From IMG/VR virus record IMGVR_UViG_3300005528_000053: 64,000 bases of DNA; one strand, 5' to 3'. The position numbers and the translations under genes were made by a program. Of this stretch, positions 25,701-41,100 are shown piece after piece (within the stretch, counting starts at the first letter, position 1; every line of letters begins with the position of its first letter). This stretch comes from an uncultured virus (IMG/VR IMGVR_UViG_3300005528_000053) (Duplodnaviria > Heunggongvirae > Uroviricota > Caudoviricetes). The notes below the pieces were generated by a model. That model saw only the letters and a program-made list of their open reading frames with translations. It had not been told where the DNA came from and did no database searches.

Positions 25701-28700
25701 ATGTCAGCAACTGATAGACAAAATAGACTTTTAGTCGCAGAAGACTGGAAAAGAATATACCAAAGTTATAGAAACGCAGACTTTCAAAGTTACGATTTTG
25801 AAAATCTTCGTAGAACTATGATTAGCTATCTTCGAGAAAATTATCCAGAAGATTTCAATGATTATATTGAATCTAGCGAGTACCTTGCATTAATTGATCT
25901 AATAGCATTTTTGGGACAAAATGTTGCATTTAGGGTTGATTTAAATGCTAGAGAAAACTTTTTAGAACTTGCAGAACGCAGAGATAGTGTCCTACGTCTA
26001 GCTAGATTACTAAGCTACACGCCAAAAAGGAATATTCCTGCTAGCGGATTACTAAAGTTCACTAGCGTAAGCACTACACAAACAGTTGTTGATAGTAACG
26101 GACGAAATTTATCCGGACAAACTGTATTGTGGAATGATCCTGCTAATACTAATTGGTACGATCAATTTATTAAAATAATAAATGCAGCTATACCTGCAAG
26201 TAAACAGTTTGGAAATCCGGACGATAAAAAGACAGTATACGGAGTCCCAACTGAACAATATAGATTTCAGAGCGTAAATGCAGATGTTCCGGTTTACTCG
26301 TTTACAAAAACAGTAGACGGCCGTAACATGGATTTTGAAATAGTTAGTACTGTGTTTACTGGAGCTGACGAAATATACGAAGAGTCCCCTAGCGTCGCAA
26401 ACAATCTTGCTTTCCTTTATAGAGAAGACGGAAAAGGCCCAGCAAGTAATTCAACTGGATTCTTTTTACATTTTAGACAAGGTACATTAAATCAAGGAAC
26501 GTTTACAATTACTCAACCTTCAACTAACGAAGTAGTTGACCTTGACGCTGTTAATGTTAACAACAGCGACATGTGGCTTTATAAAATTGATAACAATGGA
26601 TTTGAAACAGAGCAGTGGGCTAAAGTTCCTTCATTAGAGGGTAACAATATCATTTATAACAGTCTGCAAAAAAATATTAAAAATATTTTTACTGTTATTA
26701 CACGATCAAGTGATCGCGTAAGTTTATCGTTTAGTGACGGTACATTTGGAAACTTACCGCTTGGCACATTTAGAGTATACTATAGAATTAGTAACGGATT
26801 AAATTATACAATTAATCCAAAAGATGTTAGAGGAATCACTATTGATATTCCTTACGTTTCTAATATTGGTCAAGTTGAAACACTGACAATTACAATGTCA
26901 TTACAAACAAGTGTGGCGAATTCCGCAGCATCAGAAACAAATGCAGAAATTAAAAATAATGCACCGGCTACATATTACACACAAAATAGAATGATTACAG
27001 CTGAGGATTATAATATTAGTCCTTTATCAGTAAGTCAAAGTGTAGCAAAAATAAAATCAATCAATAGATCTAGCAGTGGCATAAGTCGATATTTTGATCT
27101 AGTTGATCCAACCGGGAAGTATAGTAAGACTAATTTATTTGCCGACGATGGGGCTGTGTATATTGAAAAATTTATTGACAATTTTAAGTTCAGTTATTTG
27201 ACTAGAACAGATATTGAGAGTGTCATTTATAATGAAATTTCATCTATCTTAGAAAAAAATACATTAAGAGATTTTTACTATTCAGAATTTCCAAATGTAG
27301 ATACCGCACCGGTTGATGTTAAGTGGATAAACGTAACTTCTGATACTAATCAGTCTACCGGATATTTTACCGACCTATCTGAAATTATTCCTTTTAAAAC
27401 AGGAGCATTTACAACTACTGAGTTAAAACATATAGAATTTGGAGCCTTATTAAAATTTGTAGTACCTAATTCTGCAACACAATATTTTGACACATCCGAT
27501 AGCAATAAAATTGTTACTACTACTGAAAACACCAGCCTAATTCCTAATGCATCATCGGTGCTATGGACTAAGGTTGTTAGCGTATACGGTGACGGCACAA
27601 ATAATAATACTGGTATTAAGCCAGATGGTGCTGGAACAGTACTATTGAACGATGTGATACCGTCAAACGCAGTGTTACAACAAATTATCCCTAGATGGCG
27701 CACTTCTCTTGAGACTACTGTAGTCAGTACAATGGTTGATTTAATTTATTCTAATAAACCATTTGGACTTCGATACGATGTTAATACAAAGACCTGGAAA
27801 ATTATTTTTGAAGCCAATCTTAACCAAAGCACAACATTTAGTTTAGGCAAGGCTGGAGATATTGGAAATTCAAAATTAGATAACAGTTGGATATTTTTAT
27901 TCACAACTGACACCGAGTACTATACTGTCCAATATAGACAACTAAGATACATCTTCGAAAGTGATAAACAGATACGTTTTTATTTTGATGCTTCGGATAA
28001 AGTATATGATGTGAAATCAAATACTACAATCAAGGATAAAATAAAAATTTTACGAATTAACACACGACCGTCGTTAACTATTCCCTATACATTAGATTTA
28101 GATTGGGAAATTTCTGAAGAGTTTAAAGGATTAGATGGTTACGTAGATACTAAAAAGATTCAAATTACATTTACTGACACTGATGAAGATAGTGTAGTAG
28201 ATAACCCAGAATTATTTGAACAACTTATTAACAAAAGCAGTTCAAAGTACTATGTAGTACTTGAAAAATATTCAATCGCACAAGGGCAAGAAGATTATAG
28301 ATATCTTTCAAATACGGGAGAAGTAATAATTCTACCCTCAGAAAGTTCTGTGATTAATTTTAATGACTACAACGACAGTCAGCATTTTTATTTTGTTGAT
28401 ACGGATGTAGTTAAAAAATTAAATCTAGCCCAAGGAAAATTAAGTTTTAGTGATTCATATCGAGTATTTCAAGGAAGAGATAATTTAAATTTTCAGTATA
28501 TTCATAATGCTGATTACGAATCTAGAATTGATCCAGGCCTTACTAATATTGTAGACATTTTTGTTTTAACTAAAAACTACGATAAAGAATATCGAAGATA
28601 CCTACAAGGAAGTTTAACGACCGAACCACTACCACCAAGCAGCGATGAGTTGTTTAATTTATTATCTACAGATCTTAATAAAATAAAATCTATTAGCGAT

Positions 28701-29165
28701 GAAATTATCTACCATCCTGTCAAATATAAAATTTTATTTGGAAATAAGGCATCTCCGGACCTTCAAGCAACCTTTAAAATTGTTAAAAATTCTGAAAAGG
28801 TAGTAAGTGATAATGATATTAAATCAAGAGCGTTATCTGCAATAAATCAATTTTTCTCTTTGGAAAATTGGGACTTCGGAGATAGTTTTTACTTTACAGA
28901 ACTAGCAACATATGTGATGAATCAATTAGCACCAGATATTGTAAATTTTATTATTGTACCTAATAAATCAAATTTATTTTTTGGTAGCTTATATGAAATT
29001 CAAGCAGAAAGAGATCAAATATTTGTAAGCGGAGCATCTGTGGATAATATTGAAATTATTTCCGCAATTACTGCAACAAAAATTAAGAGCTCTGGTGAAA
29101 TCTTTATACAATCAACAACACTAAATGAACAAAATATTCTTAGCAGCACGATTGGGAGTGTTTAA
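25701..29165 (+). CDS. gp6: Baseplate wedge subunit (gp6-like)
   Basis: DFENLR, LIDLIAF, ENFLELAERRDSV, FSDGTFG and QNRMITAEDY; ATAAATA motif at 25672-25678. Confidence 0.85.
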   Translation: MSATDRQNRLLVAEDWKRIYQSYRNADFQSYDFENLRRTMISYLRENYPEDFNDYIESSEYLALIDLIAFLGQNVAFRVDLNARENFLELAERRDSVLRLARLLSYTPKRNIPASGLLKFTSVSTTQTVVDSNGRNLSGQTVLWNDPANTNWYDQFIKIINAAIPASKQFGNPDDKKTVYGVPTEQYRFQSVNADVPVYSFTKTVDGRNMDFEIVSTVFTGADEIYEESPSVANNLAFLYREDGKGPASNSTGFFLHFRQGTLNQGTFTITQPSTNEVVDLDAVNVNNSDMWLYKIDNNGFETEQWAKVPSLEGNNIIYNSLQKNIKNIFTVITRSSDRVSLSFSDGTFGNLPLGTFRVYYRISNGLNYTINPKDVRGITIDIPYVSNIGQVETLTITMSLQTSVANSAASETNAEIKNNAPATYYTQNRMITAEDYNISPLSVSQSVAKIKSINRSSSGISRYFDLVDPTGKYSKTNLFADDGAVYIEKFIDNFKFSYLTRTDIESVIYNEISSILEKNTLRDFYYSEFPNVDTAPVDVKWINVTSDTNQSTGYFTDLSEIIPFKTGAFTTTELKHIEFGALLKFVVPNSATQYFDTSDSNKIVTTTENTSLIPNASSVLWTKVVSVYGDGTNNNTGIKPDGAGTVLLNDVIPSNAVLQQIIPRWRTSLETTVVSTMVDLIYSNKPFGLRYDVNTKTWKIIFEANLNQSTTFSLGKAGDIGNSKLDNSWIFLFTTDTEYYTVQYRQLRYIFESDKQIRFYFDASDKVYDVKSNTTIKDKIKILRINTRPSLTIPYTLDLDWEISEEFKGLDGYVDTKKIQITFTDTDEDSVVDNPELFEQLINKSSSKYYVVLEKYSIAQGQEDYRYLSNTGEVIILPSESSVINFNDYNDSQHFYFVDTDVVKKLNLAQGKLSFSDSYRVFQGRDNLNFQYIHNADYESRIDPGLTNIVDIFVLTKNYDKEYRRYLQGSLTTEPLPPSSDELFNLLSTDLNKIKSISDEIIYHPVKYKILFGNKASPDLQATFKIVKNSEKVVSDNDIKSRALSAINQFFSLENWDFGDSFYFTELATYVMNQLAPDIVNFIIVPNKSNLFFGSLYEIQAERDQIFVSGASVDNIEIISAITATKIKSSGEIFIQSTTLNEQNILSSTIGSV

Positions 29166-32100
29166 TGGCATACGATAAAAATCAAAATGAGAACGGTGTC
29201 CCTATAAATTCAAACGAAAAAAGAAGATCGTCAAGTCTTCTTCCTAGATTTTATAGAACAGATGCTAACAAAAAATTTACCGAAGCCACTATAGATCAAC
29301 TAACACAGCCTGGAAAAGTTAAAAAAGTAAATGGCTACATTGGAAGAAAAAACGCCAAAGCAGTCACGGCTAGCGATATTTTTATTGAAGCATCGGATAT
29401 TGATAGATCTAATTATCAACTTGAACCTGCAGCAATTATTCAAGACTACTTAGGCAATGTATCATTTTTAAAAGATTATATAGATCACATTAATCATGTT
29501 AAGATCAACAACGGAATCGTTGATAACCATGAGAGATTAAACAAGCAAGAATTTTATTCTTGGGAACCTCATATCTGCTGGGACAAATTTGCTAATTTTC
29601 AACAGTATTTTTGGTTACCCTATGGCCCTCCTGTTATTTCTGTAGCAGGACAACAACTAGCAATAGAAAGCACTTATACTGTTGTTACTGTTGACGAGGG
29701 AGATAACCGGTCTTTTGTTTTCACACCAGACGGATTAAGTAAAAATCCTTCTTTAACATTATACAGAGGACAAACTTATAATTTTATAATTAATTCTCCA
29801 GGAGAACCATTCAGTATTAAAACTGAACGAACTATTGGCTCAACAGATCGTTACTTGCAGGGTGTAAGTCAAAATGCTGTAGAAGTAGGAGAAATTAAAT
29901 TTTCAATTCCTGAGGACGCACCGGACTTTTTATTTTACACAAGTGAAAATAATATTGATACTTCGGGCATATTTAAAATACAAGACATTACAGAAAACAC
30001 ATTTTTAGATGTTGAAAAAGACATCCTAGGCAAAAAGACTTATACTATGTCTAATGGTGTTTCTTTTAGTAACGGAATGAAAATTAAATTTACTGGAACT
30101 GTATCTCCTGAAAAGTATTCTAATTCTATTTGGTATGTTGAGGGTGTAGGAAATAAAATTACATTAGTAAGCGAAAAAGATTTAGAAATCATCAGCACAT
30201 ATACTTCTGATAGTCAGGTGTTGTTCGATGACACTCCTTTTGATTTTTTACCTTTTAGTGATGCAAATAGTTTAGCTGCATCAAAAGATTATATTACTAT
30301 CAATAGATCAAGTCCAGATAGAAATCCGTGGGCTAGATATAATCGATGGTTCCACGAAGATGTGATTAAAACTAGTTATGAATTAAATTCTTTAGCGCCA
30401 GATATTGATCAGAGCGGAAGAGCAAAAAGACCAATTATTGAATTTGATGCAGGTGTAAAATTATATAATTTTGGATCAGTTGCAAAGAAAAATGTAGATT
30501 TAGTAGATACATTTACTACTGACGTTTTTAGTACTATTGAAGGAAGTTTAGGTTATAATATTGATAATGTAGATCTAGTAAACGGCCAGAGAATTCTGTT
30601 CACAGCTGATACAGATATACGAGTTCAAGGGAAAATTTTTGAAGTTAAGTTTATCAACGTAAAGCCAGCCAATCGACAAGTTGAATTTAACGGAATTACA
30701 AATGTAGAAATTCCGACTAACCACCTTAATCTTGATATTGATCACGGATTAGTTAACGGAAGACGAGTAGAATATTTGTCAAACGGTAACACTGCAATTG
30801 GTGGACTAGTTAATCGCCAAGTTTATTATGTTTACGTAGTTGATAATAAAAGAATTAGACTATATTCAGATAAAAATCTAACACAAGTTGTTACCTTAAC
30901 CTCGCAAAGTGAAGGAAATCACTTGCTTGATATAGTAACGGTAGCACAAGATCAAATTACTCTAATTGAAACTGACGATACTGTTCCTATTAACGGAGAA
31001 ACAGTTCTTGTAAAGTTCGGCCAAGAAAATCAAGGATCAATGTATTATTATAATGGATCCATTTGGAACAAAGGCCAGCAAAAAATAACAGTAAATCAGT
31101 CTCCTTTATTTGATTTATTTGACGAGGATGGAAATAGCTTTGCAGACATTTCTGTTTACGACGGATCAAGTTTTGCAGGAAATAAGATTTTTTCATATAA
31201 AACTTCTTCACTTAGTGCCGACTCTGAATTAGGGTTCGGGTTATCTTATCAAAATATAGCAAATGTAGGAGACATATTATTTGAATTTAATCTATTAACA
31301 GATTATTTTCAATATAAAGAAAACTTTGTTACACTATCAAAAAATACAGATACTGGATTTTTAAAAATTATTCACGGATATAATCTTGAAGAATATTCTA
31401 ATGGATGGTGTAAGAATTTAATTACTAATGCTCAACCTATTATTAGAATTTACGAAGGTACAGAATATAAGAATAACTTTCCTATTGACGTATACGATAA
31501 TGCAAACGATTTATTAGATCTTGAAGTTAGAGTTTTAATTAACGGTAAAAGAATTCCAAAGACTGCGTTTACTGTAGAAACAGGAATAAACTACAAATAC
31601 GTATCGCTTAATCAAAACAGTAGAATAACAATTACAGATTCAGATGTAATAACCTTAAAATGCTTTGCAAAACAAGCTAAGAATAAAAAAGGATATTACG
31701 AAATACCTTTAAGTTTACAAAATAATCCTTTAAACAATAATTTACAATACTTTACTTTAGGCGAAGTTATTGATCATGTATCTTCAATCTCTGAAAATAT
31801 TCCAGGATTTGTAGGAAATTATATTGGACAAGGTAATCTTAGAGACTTAGGAGACACATCCTCGTACGGTACACGGTTCGTTCAGCACACATGTCCGTTA
31901 AATTTTAGTCTTTATCATCTTGGTTCAAAAACTGCTAATGTTCTAAAATCTGTTGAAGACGCTAAAGAAACGTATGCAACATTCAAAAGATTATTTTTAA
32001 GACTAGCCGAAGAATCAGGTTCTGGCAGCAATATTAGGGACCATGTTGATGAGATTTTATATCAAATAAATCAACAGACTCCTAAAACAAATCCTTATTA

Positions 32101-35100
32101 TCTAAGCGATATGTTTGCCTATGGACCAAGTAAAAAAACTGAATATCCTGTGTTGGATTCTCGTGTAAAGATGTACCCAATTTCTGATGTATTTGATATG
32201 TCAGCATTATCAAATAAGTCAGTTTTAGTTTATCTAAATGGTGAACAACTACTTTACGGATTGAATTATACCTTTACTTCTTCAGGATATTTAGAAATCA
32301 TCTTAGACATCAACGAGGATGACTTGATTGAAGTATATGAGTACGAGTCAACTGACGGAACTTTCGTACCTCCTACACCAACAAAATTAGGCATCTGGCC
32401 AAAGTTTGTTCCTGAAATTTTTCAAGATACAACTTATATTGAACCTACAGATGTTATACAAGGACACGACGGAAGTATTACTATTGCATTTGGTGATTAT
32501 AGAGATGAATTGCTTCTAGAGTTAGAAAAAAGAATTTATAATAATATAAAAATCTCTTACAATCCAGAAATTTTTAACATTGAAGATACTATCCCAGGTT
32601 ACTTTAGAAATACAGACTATGATTTAGATGAATACAATCAAGTCCTATCAAAATATTTTTATTACTGGTCAAGCCAGATAGATCAAGATTACACTAGATT
32701 ACCAACGTATGACAGAACTAACGGCTTTACTTTCAATTATAGAGGAAACATTGCACCTGACGGAAGACCCGTGCCAGCACACTGGAGAGCAATTTATAAA
32801 TGGCTCCTTGATACAGACAGACCGCATTCACATCCTTGGGAGGTTTTAGGATTTACTATTAAACCTGTATGGTGGGAATCAGTATATGGACCAGCGCCAT
32901 ACACTGCTAATAATAGAATTCTTTGGCAAGATTTAAATGACGGTGCAGTTCGAGAGCCAGGAAAACCAGTAACTAGAAAGTTGCACTACAAGCGGCCAGG
33001 ACTGATAGATATGATTCCTGTTGACCATCAAGGAAGATTAATAAGTCCGTACGAAACCGGAATGGTCACTGGCGTAATAAATCCAAGCCCAGCCGGATAT
33101 TTAGAATTTGGAGATCAAGGTCCAGTTGAGACAGCATGGAGAAGATCAAGTCTTTATCCGTTTGCTGCGCTTCTAGCCTTCTTAACCTTATCTCCTAACA
33201 AAACATTAGGAACTTGCTTTGATAGAAGTAGAATTGTAAAAAATAAAGCCAATCAGTTAGTATACAAAGACACCAATCTTCGTATAAGACTTCAGGATAT
33301 AATTTTACCTTCGAATGTTAATGATGCTACTCGAGAATATTCCAGCGGATTAATAAATTATATCTCTGATCATATTTTTACTATCAACAATTATAATATT
33401 TCTAGTTATAAGAGTGACTTGTCGTCTTTAACAAATAGAATAGTCAGCAAACTTGGCGGATTTACCAGTAAGGAAAAATTTAGATTAATTCTTGATTCTA
33501 AATCTCCAACTTCTAAAAATAATGTATTTGTTCCGCAGGAGAATTATAACATTGTTCTTAACACTAGCTCTCCAATTAGAAAAATTTCTTATAGTGGAGT
33601 TATTATTGTTAAAGTGTCTGACGGATTTAATATTGCAGGGTATAATCAAGACGAACCGTATTTTAGTTACTATTCTAAATTACAAGACGGTCCTACTATT
33701 AGAATTGGCGGAATAAGCGAATCATTTACAGATTTTGATACTAACCAAACTTATGTAGCTGGAAAAGTAATTAGATACAACGGAAGATATTATAGAGTAA
33801 AAACTAATCACATAAGCGGAGATACTTTTGATAAAGATCTTTATGTCTTATTACCAAGTCTCCCAGAAACAGGCGGAGTAGTTGCCACTCTTGGTAAAGT
33901 TTGGGAAAAACGTAAAGTATTAAAATTAAGTTACGGAACTACACTTAGTACAATACAAGAAGTGGTAAGTTTTTTAGAAGGATACGGTATCTATTTAGAA
34001 GACCAAGGATTTGTATTTGACGACTTTAATACTAACACTGAAAGTATTTCTAATTGGAACACCAGCTTAAAAGAATTTATGTTCTGGGCTACTCAGAAAT
34101 GGAAAACTGGAGCAGTTATCTCTCTAAGTCCTGCAGCAGAAAAAATTACTCTTAATACTGAGTTTTCAGTAGTTAATGATATTAAAGATAGTTTTTACGG
34201 ATATAACATTTTAAGAGTTGACGGGCAAAAATTAGATCCTGATCTAACAAGCATTTATAGAACAGATAACAATTATTCAGTAAGTCCTGCAAACACTAGC
34301 CACGGAATTTATTCAGCTACTTTTTATCTAATACAAAAAGAACATGTAGTTGTTATAGATAATAGAACAATGTTTAATGATGTTATCTATGATTTAGAAC
34401 CAGGGTATCGTCAAGAAAGAATTAAAATAAACGGCTACCTTACTCAAAGCTGGACAGGCGGATTTAGTATTCCAGGATTTATCTATGATGAAGCAGTAAT
34501 TAAAGATTGGGAGCCTTGGACAGATTACTCGTTAGGAACAATTGTAAAGTTTAAAGAATTTTATTATAGTGCAAACAAATTTATTCCCGGAGTAGAACTG
34601 TTTAATAGTAATGAGTGGAAGCTACTATTAGAAAAACCTACACCTAGGTTAATTCCTAACTGGGATTATAAAGCAGAACAGTTTACTGATTTCTATGATT
34701 TAGACACAGATAATTTTGATGCAGGCCAACAAAAAGTAGCGCAACATTTAATTGGATATCAAAATAGACAGTACCTTGAAAATATTATTCGAGACGACGT
34801 AAGTCAGTATAAGTTTTATCAAGGTATGATTATTGAGAAGGGCACAAAGAATGTTTTAAACAAACTGTTTGACGTTTTAAGTGCAAACGACCAAGATAGT
34901 CTTGTGTTTGATGAAGAATGGGCTGTTAGAGTAGGAGAATACGGTGCAAGTGCAGCGTTTGATGAAATTGAAATTAAACTAAAAGAAGATAATTTTAAAA
35001 TTAATCCACAGCCAATTGAATTTGTTAATTCTATTGATTCTAATATTGTTGACTCTGTTTACAGACAAGTGCCAACAGACCTTGTTGTTAGAACAGTTAA

Positions 35101-38100
35101 TTATTCTAGTAATCCTTGGCCAATAAGATCTCATAAAACAAGATTTTTAAGAACTCCAGGGTATGTAAGATACGACGACGTAACACTTAGTGTTGATTCT
35201 TTACTTGACCTTTTAGATCAAAATCCAAATGAATTTTCAATAGGAGATTACATTTGGTGCGCCTTTGAAACATTAAATGCAGGCGGCGATTATTGGAATG
35301 TTTATAGAATTACTCGAGCACCATTTACTATTATAGGTGCAACATATGACAACGGAATCTTAACATTTGAATGTGATATAACTCCTAATTTATCTATTGG
35401 GGATGTATTTGGATTACAATCGTCAGGCGACGCTGACGGATTTTATACAGTGTCTGATCTAATAGACGATACTATAGTTGTAGAAAAAGAAATTCCAAAC
35501 TTTCAAGGATTATCAGGCGCAACTAGAGAATTGATTTTTGTTAGTCAGAGACTTGAAAGTATTGATTTAGCTAATGAAATTTTATCTACAAATATTAAAG
35601 CCGGAGAACTGATATGGGCAGATTCAAATGAACAGTCTAACAACTGGGCAGTTTGGAAAAATTCTCCAGTATATGCTAAAGTAGAATTAAAAAATGATGA
35701 GCCAAGAACCGAAGAAAAATTTGGTATTGCCCTAGCTACAAACAAGCTTGGAACTACTTTGGCTGTAGGAACAGAACAAAATAAAGTATTAATATACAAT
35801 GTATTCAATGGAACTTGGGGAAGACTACAAGAACTTACTGTGTCAGCCTTAGGTCCTATAGCAGATTTTACAAATAGCGGCTTTGGAACTAAATTGGCAA
35901 TGTCAGAAGATGCAGAGTGGTTAGCTATTGCTGCTCCTCGTGCTTCTAACATTAAAACAACTTACCGCGGCAATTATAATTCAACAGCAAATTATAATGA
36001 AAACGACATTGTTCGAGTTGGAAATGTTCATTGGCAAGCTGCAACTAACTTATTAGATGCTGAAACATCAACTATTGATCAATTTGCTCAAGACTGGACT
36101 CCCGCAAGATTAATCGAAGCAACTAAATCAGGAACACCTTCTGGCTATGTTGGTCAAGGATTGGTTGTTTTATACAAAAGAATTGCTGATGGAACATACA
36201 GAGTAGTAACATCATTTACTAGCCCTCATCCTGTATTAAACAACGAAGAATTTGGTACAAAGATGAAGTTCTCTCAGTCTAATGGAGAGTATATTCTTGG
36301 TATAACAAGTCCTCTATCTGGAAAATTATATCTGTATAGATACTCTAACGTAAGTGACGATAGCGGCATTGAGTGGCACATGGATTATGATAGAAGGTAT
36401 CGTGGCGCCTTTAGCAGTTTAATTGAGTATTACCAGGGAGATTTAGTATTTTATAATCAAAGTATATATGAAGCAATTGAGGATTTATCTGCCGGTGCAT
36501 TTGATATTGATCAATGGACAGTAGTAACTGATAAAAATATATTAGGATATTTCCCCAACGATGTATTAAACATTGAGGACACTAGCCCTGCTTCTGATAA
36601 GTTTGCTTATGATTTTGATTTTTCTTCCTCAGGGGATCGTTTAGCGATATCAGCCCCTAATGCAGACAAGGTATTTGTATATCAGTATAATGGCAATAGC
36701 TACGATCTTATTTTACCAGTATTAGAACCAGCGACAGGCGATCTTGAAGCAAACACAAGATTTGGAGCCAGTGTAGCATTAAGCAGTACTGGAGATTCGC
36801 TAGCCATTGGAATTACAGACATAGTAGGCGCTTCCAACAACGGAAAAATATTTGTCTATGATTTAACTAGCGAAACCTATGAAAAAGCTCAAATTATTCG
36901 TAGTATCAGTGATGAGGTTGACGAAAGATTCGGGTCAACCATTGAGTTCATGAATGATGATAAAACACTATTAGTGTTTAGTAAGAAAGGCGACACCTTC
37001 CAAGACGGCAGCACTGTTATTCTAGATAACGGAAGAATAGATATATTTGACAAGTATTATACTAACTTCATATATGGAGAAAGTTTAACGTTTAATGATT
37101 CTTCCTTACTAAAATACGGAGAAAGTATTGCGGTAGCCGATAGTACTATACTAGTTTCGGCACCAGAGTATGACGATAGCTACGTTGAAAATACAGGAAT
37201 TGTATATTCATTTAAAAAACTAAAAACTCAATACAGTTGGAAAAAACTTTATCAAGAGTCTGCAGTAGTAGACGTTGAAAAAATTAAAAAATTATTCGTT
37301 TATAATTCAAGAACAAATACATTATTAAATTACCTAGACGTAATAGATCCTGTGCAAGGAAAGATTGCCGGACCTGCTGATCAAGAAATTAAATTTAAAA
37401 CCTATTTTGATCCTGCGATCTATTCTTATAGTAATAACGACTTAAACGTAGATGAAGGTTTAGACTGGACGTCGGAACAGGTTGGCGTATTATGGTGGGA
37501 CTTAACCAACGCAAAATTTTTAGACAGCTATGTTGAAGACCTAGTATACAGATCAAGCACATGGAATACCTTGCATAAAAATGCAAGTATTGATATCTAC
37601 GAATGGGTAGAATCAAAGATTTTACCATCTGCATGGGACGATATTGCAGATACTGAATCCGGTTTAAGTCAAGGAATAAGCGGTCAAAGTTTATACGGCG
37701 ATAATGCCTACAGTATTAAGAAACGATACGATAGTATTTCAAAAACATTTAAGAACACTTACTATTTTTGGGTTAAAAACAAAGTTACAGTGCCATCAGT
37801 AGCAGGAAGAAATATCAGTGCTACTGATGTTGCAAATTTAATTTCAGATCCAAAAGCTCAGGGATATCAGTTTGTTTCTTTCTTATCAAAGAACAGTATA
37901 AATCTTTATAATTTTAAATCATTACTTGAGAATAATGATGTAAATCTAAATTTCCAGTATTGGATAATTGATAAGACAGATAACAATTCACATTATCAGT
38001 GGAAAATTATTTCTGAAAACGAGAATACATCTATTCCTAAAGAGATTGAAGAAAAATGGTTTTACAGTTTAGTAGGCAAGGATGCTAATGATAGACCTCT

Positions 38101-41100
38101 ACCGGATTTAAATTTACCTATTAAATTACGATATGGTATTGAATCTAGGCCAAGACAGAGTATGTTTGTTAATAGATTAGAAGCATTAAAACAACTATTT
38201 GAACGTGCAAATTCTGTACTAGCTAAAAATCTAATAGCAGATGATTATGACTTGAGCGATTTGTTAATGACTGAACCAAAGCCCTCGTCTGTTTCTAGAC
38301 TTTACGATAGAGTTATCGATACAGAATTAGAATTAAGATTTATTAATACTGATAGTCTCCGCCAGGCAATATTAACTCCTGTTATTACTGATGGACGAAT
38401 TACTGAAGTAGTTATTAGTAATTCTGGATATGGATATACAACTGCACCGTCTATTAAAATATACGGATCAGGAAAAAATGCAGATATACTACCAGTAATA
38501 AACTCAAAAGGCCAAATTACTGAAGTTTTAATTAATAATCCTGGACAAGGATATTCAGATGGTACACGATTAACAGTAAGATATTATAGCGTACTTGTTA
38601 ATAGTGATTCTGCTGCTCTTAATCGATGGAGCATTTATCAGTGGGATAATGTTTCCTGGTTTAGAGCAAAAACTCAAACATACGATGTAACTCAATATTG
38701 GGATTATATTGATTATTATGCTACAGGTTACAACCAATTTACTAAAGTAGATTATGCAGTAGACGGTACTTATCAGCTACCATTACTTAAAACCAAAATT
38801 GGAGACACAGTTAAAGTTAACAATATAGGATCAGGCGGCTGGATAATCCTTGAAAAATATGCAGATAGTACAAGTGTTGATTATACTCAAAGTTATAGTG
38901 TCGTTGGTCGTTATCAAGGAACTATACAATTTAAAGATAATCTTTACAAATATAAAGAAGGTGGTGTTGGCTACGATGGAAGTTTATTTGATTCTGACGG
39001 GTACGATGAATTTGCCTCAGTCGAATTAAGAGTAATTTTAAATTCTTTTAAAGATAAAATTTTTGTCGATACATTAAGAGTTGAATATTTAAAACTGTTC
39101 TTCTCAAGTATTAGATATGTACTATCGGAGCAAACATTAGTTGATTGGGTATTTAAAACTAGTTTTGTAAAGGCAAAACATAATGTAGGTAGTTTAAAAC
39201 AAAAAGTTACCTACAATAATGATAACTTAGATAATTTTGAAGATTATATTAATGAAGTTAAACCTTATAGAACTAAAATTAGAGAATTTATCAGTACGTA
39301 TAATACAGTTCAAAATACTCCGTTAAGTCTAACAGACTTTGATTTACAATCTACTATTAGTAATCAGGATACAATTATTCCAGTAAATGTTAGGGTTTCT
39401 GAGACCGTAAATGCGGTTCCTCCTGTAACAGAGATTAGTGGTACTAGTGTATTATCGGAATATCCGTGGAAACATTGGTATGATAATGTTGGATTTACAC
39501 TAAGTTCGATTGAAATCGTAGATGGAGGTTCTGGATATATAACAGCCCCAACCGTTATTATAGAAGATAGTTATGGAGTAAAAGCATCAGCAAAAGCATT
39601 TATTTCAAACGGACAGGTGTCTAAAATTCGAATAATAAATTCCGGAACTAGATTCCTTAAAGCACCAATTGTAACTCTTTCTGGGGGAACAGCCTTATCA
39701 GACAATTATGCTAGAGCTGTAGCAATTATTGAAAATGGTGTCGTTAGAAGTTCTATGATTAAAATGAGATTTGATAGAACAACTAGAACATATGCAGTAA
39801 CTAGTATTCTTGAAACAGAAACATTCTCTGGCGACATTCAAGTAACAGGAAAGAGATTACAATTTGATCTAAAATGGGCACCAAATACTGAGGTTGGGAA
39901 AACTTTAATTACAATTAATAATGTTGAAATATTAAGAGATGATTATAGATTAGTTGTTAAGAATACACAAATAAATGGATTTACACAGTACTACGGATCT
40001 GTAATTTTTGAAACTCCGCCAACAAAAGGTGCAACTGTAGTTATTAGATATAATAAATCATCTATACATCTTAATGCTGCGGATAGAATTAATTTTTATT
40101 ACGATCCTCAGACTGCTCAATTAGGTAAGCAACTAAGTCAATTAATGACAGGCGTTGACTACGGTGGCGTAAACATAGTTGGTCTTGATTTCAATATACA
40201 ATACGGCTGGGATAACTTACCTTGGATGACAATTCCGTGGGACACATTTGATGATTCTTTTGATGATTATGTCTATACCGGTGCGAATTATGAAGTAGTT
40301 TTAGATTATGTTCCTGCATTAAATGAAGAAATTAACGTTTATATTAGTAGGTACGATCCTGAGGACCTAAGGTCTGTGAACGGTTATTTGCCGCCTGTTA
40401 GAATCGACAACTATGATTATGAAGGTGTTCCTATTCCTGGATACCCTGATGCAGTAATGGCTACATTTGTAGGAGACGGAGTAAATCAAACAGTGGTGAT
40501 CCCCGAAGATAAAATTACAATTAACAGCAATGATATTGTTATTGTAAGACGATCAACAAGCGATGGCAGCTATAAACCTTTAGAAACTAACTATGACATA
40601 CGTCTTGACGGAGGACCAATTGATTATTCATCTGCTACAGGGTTAAATGCAGATGATATTATTATTGACGGTGACGGATTCGTTACACCAACGTCAAGTT
40701 CGGCACCCGAAGAAGTTGTACCAGGACATATTTCTGACACTGTAGCAATTAAAGTTTATAATAGACCAACAAGCGGGTCTGCAAAAATTATCTCTAAAAA
40801 TTACAAAGGAGACAATTCAACATCTAGTTTTACCCTTGATCAGATTCCAAATGGAAATGCTGTATTAATTGTAAAATTGGACGATCAAATTTTAACCAGA
40901 GGTGTTGATTATCAGTACGATTGGAAACTAAATGAAGTTAAGTTAACAGCAGCAGCGTCTAATACACAGATAGTTAACATTACATCTTTTGGATTAAATT
41001 CATCTAATGTAGTTGATTTAGATTATTTTATAGCTGACGGTGTTTCGACAGAATTCATAACTAGAGCATCTTGGTCAAGTAATTTTGAAGGATTCGTTCT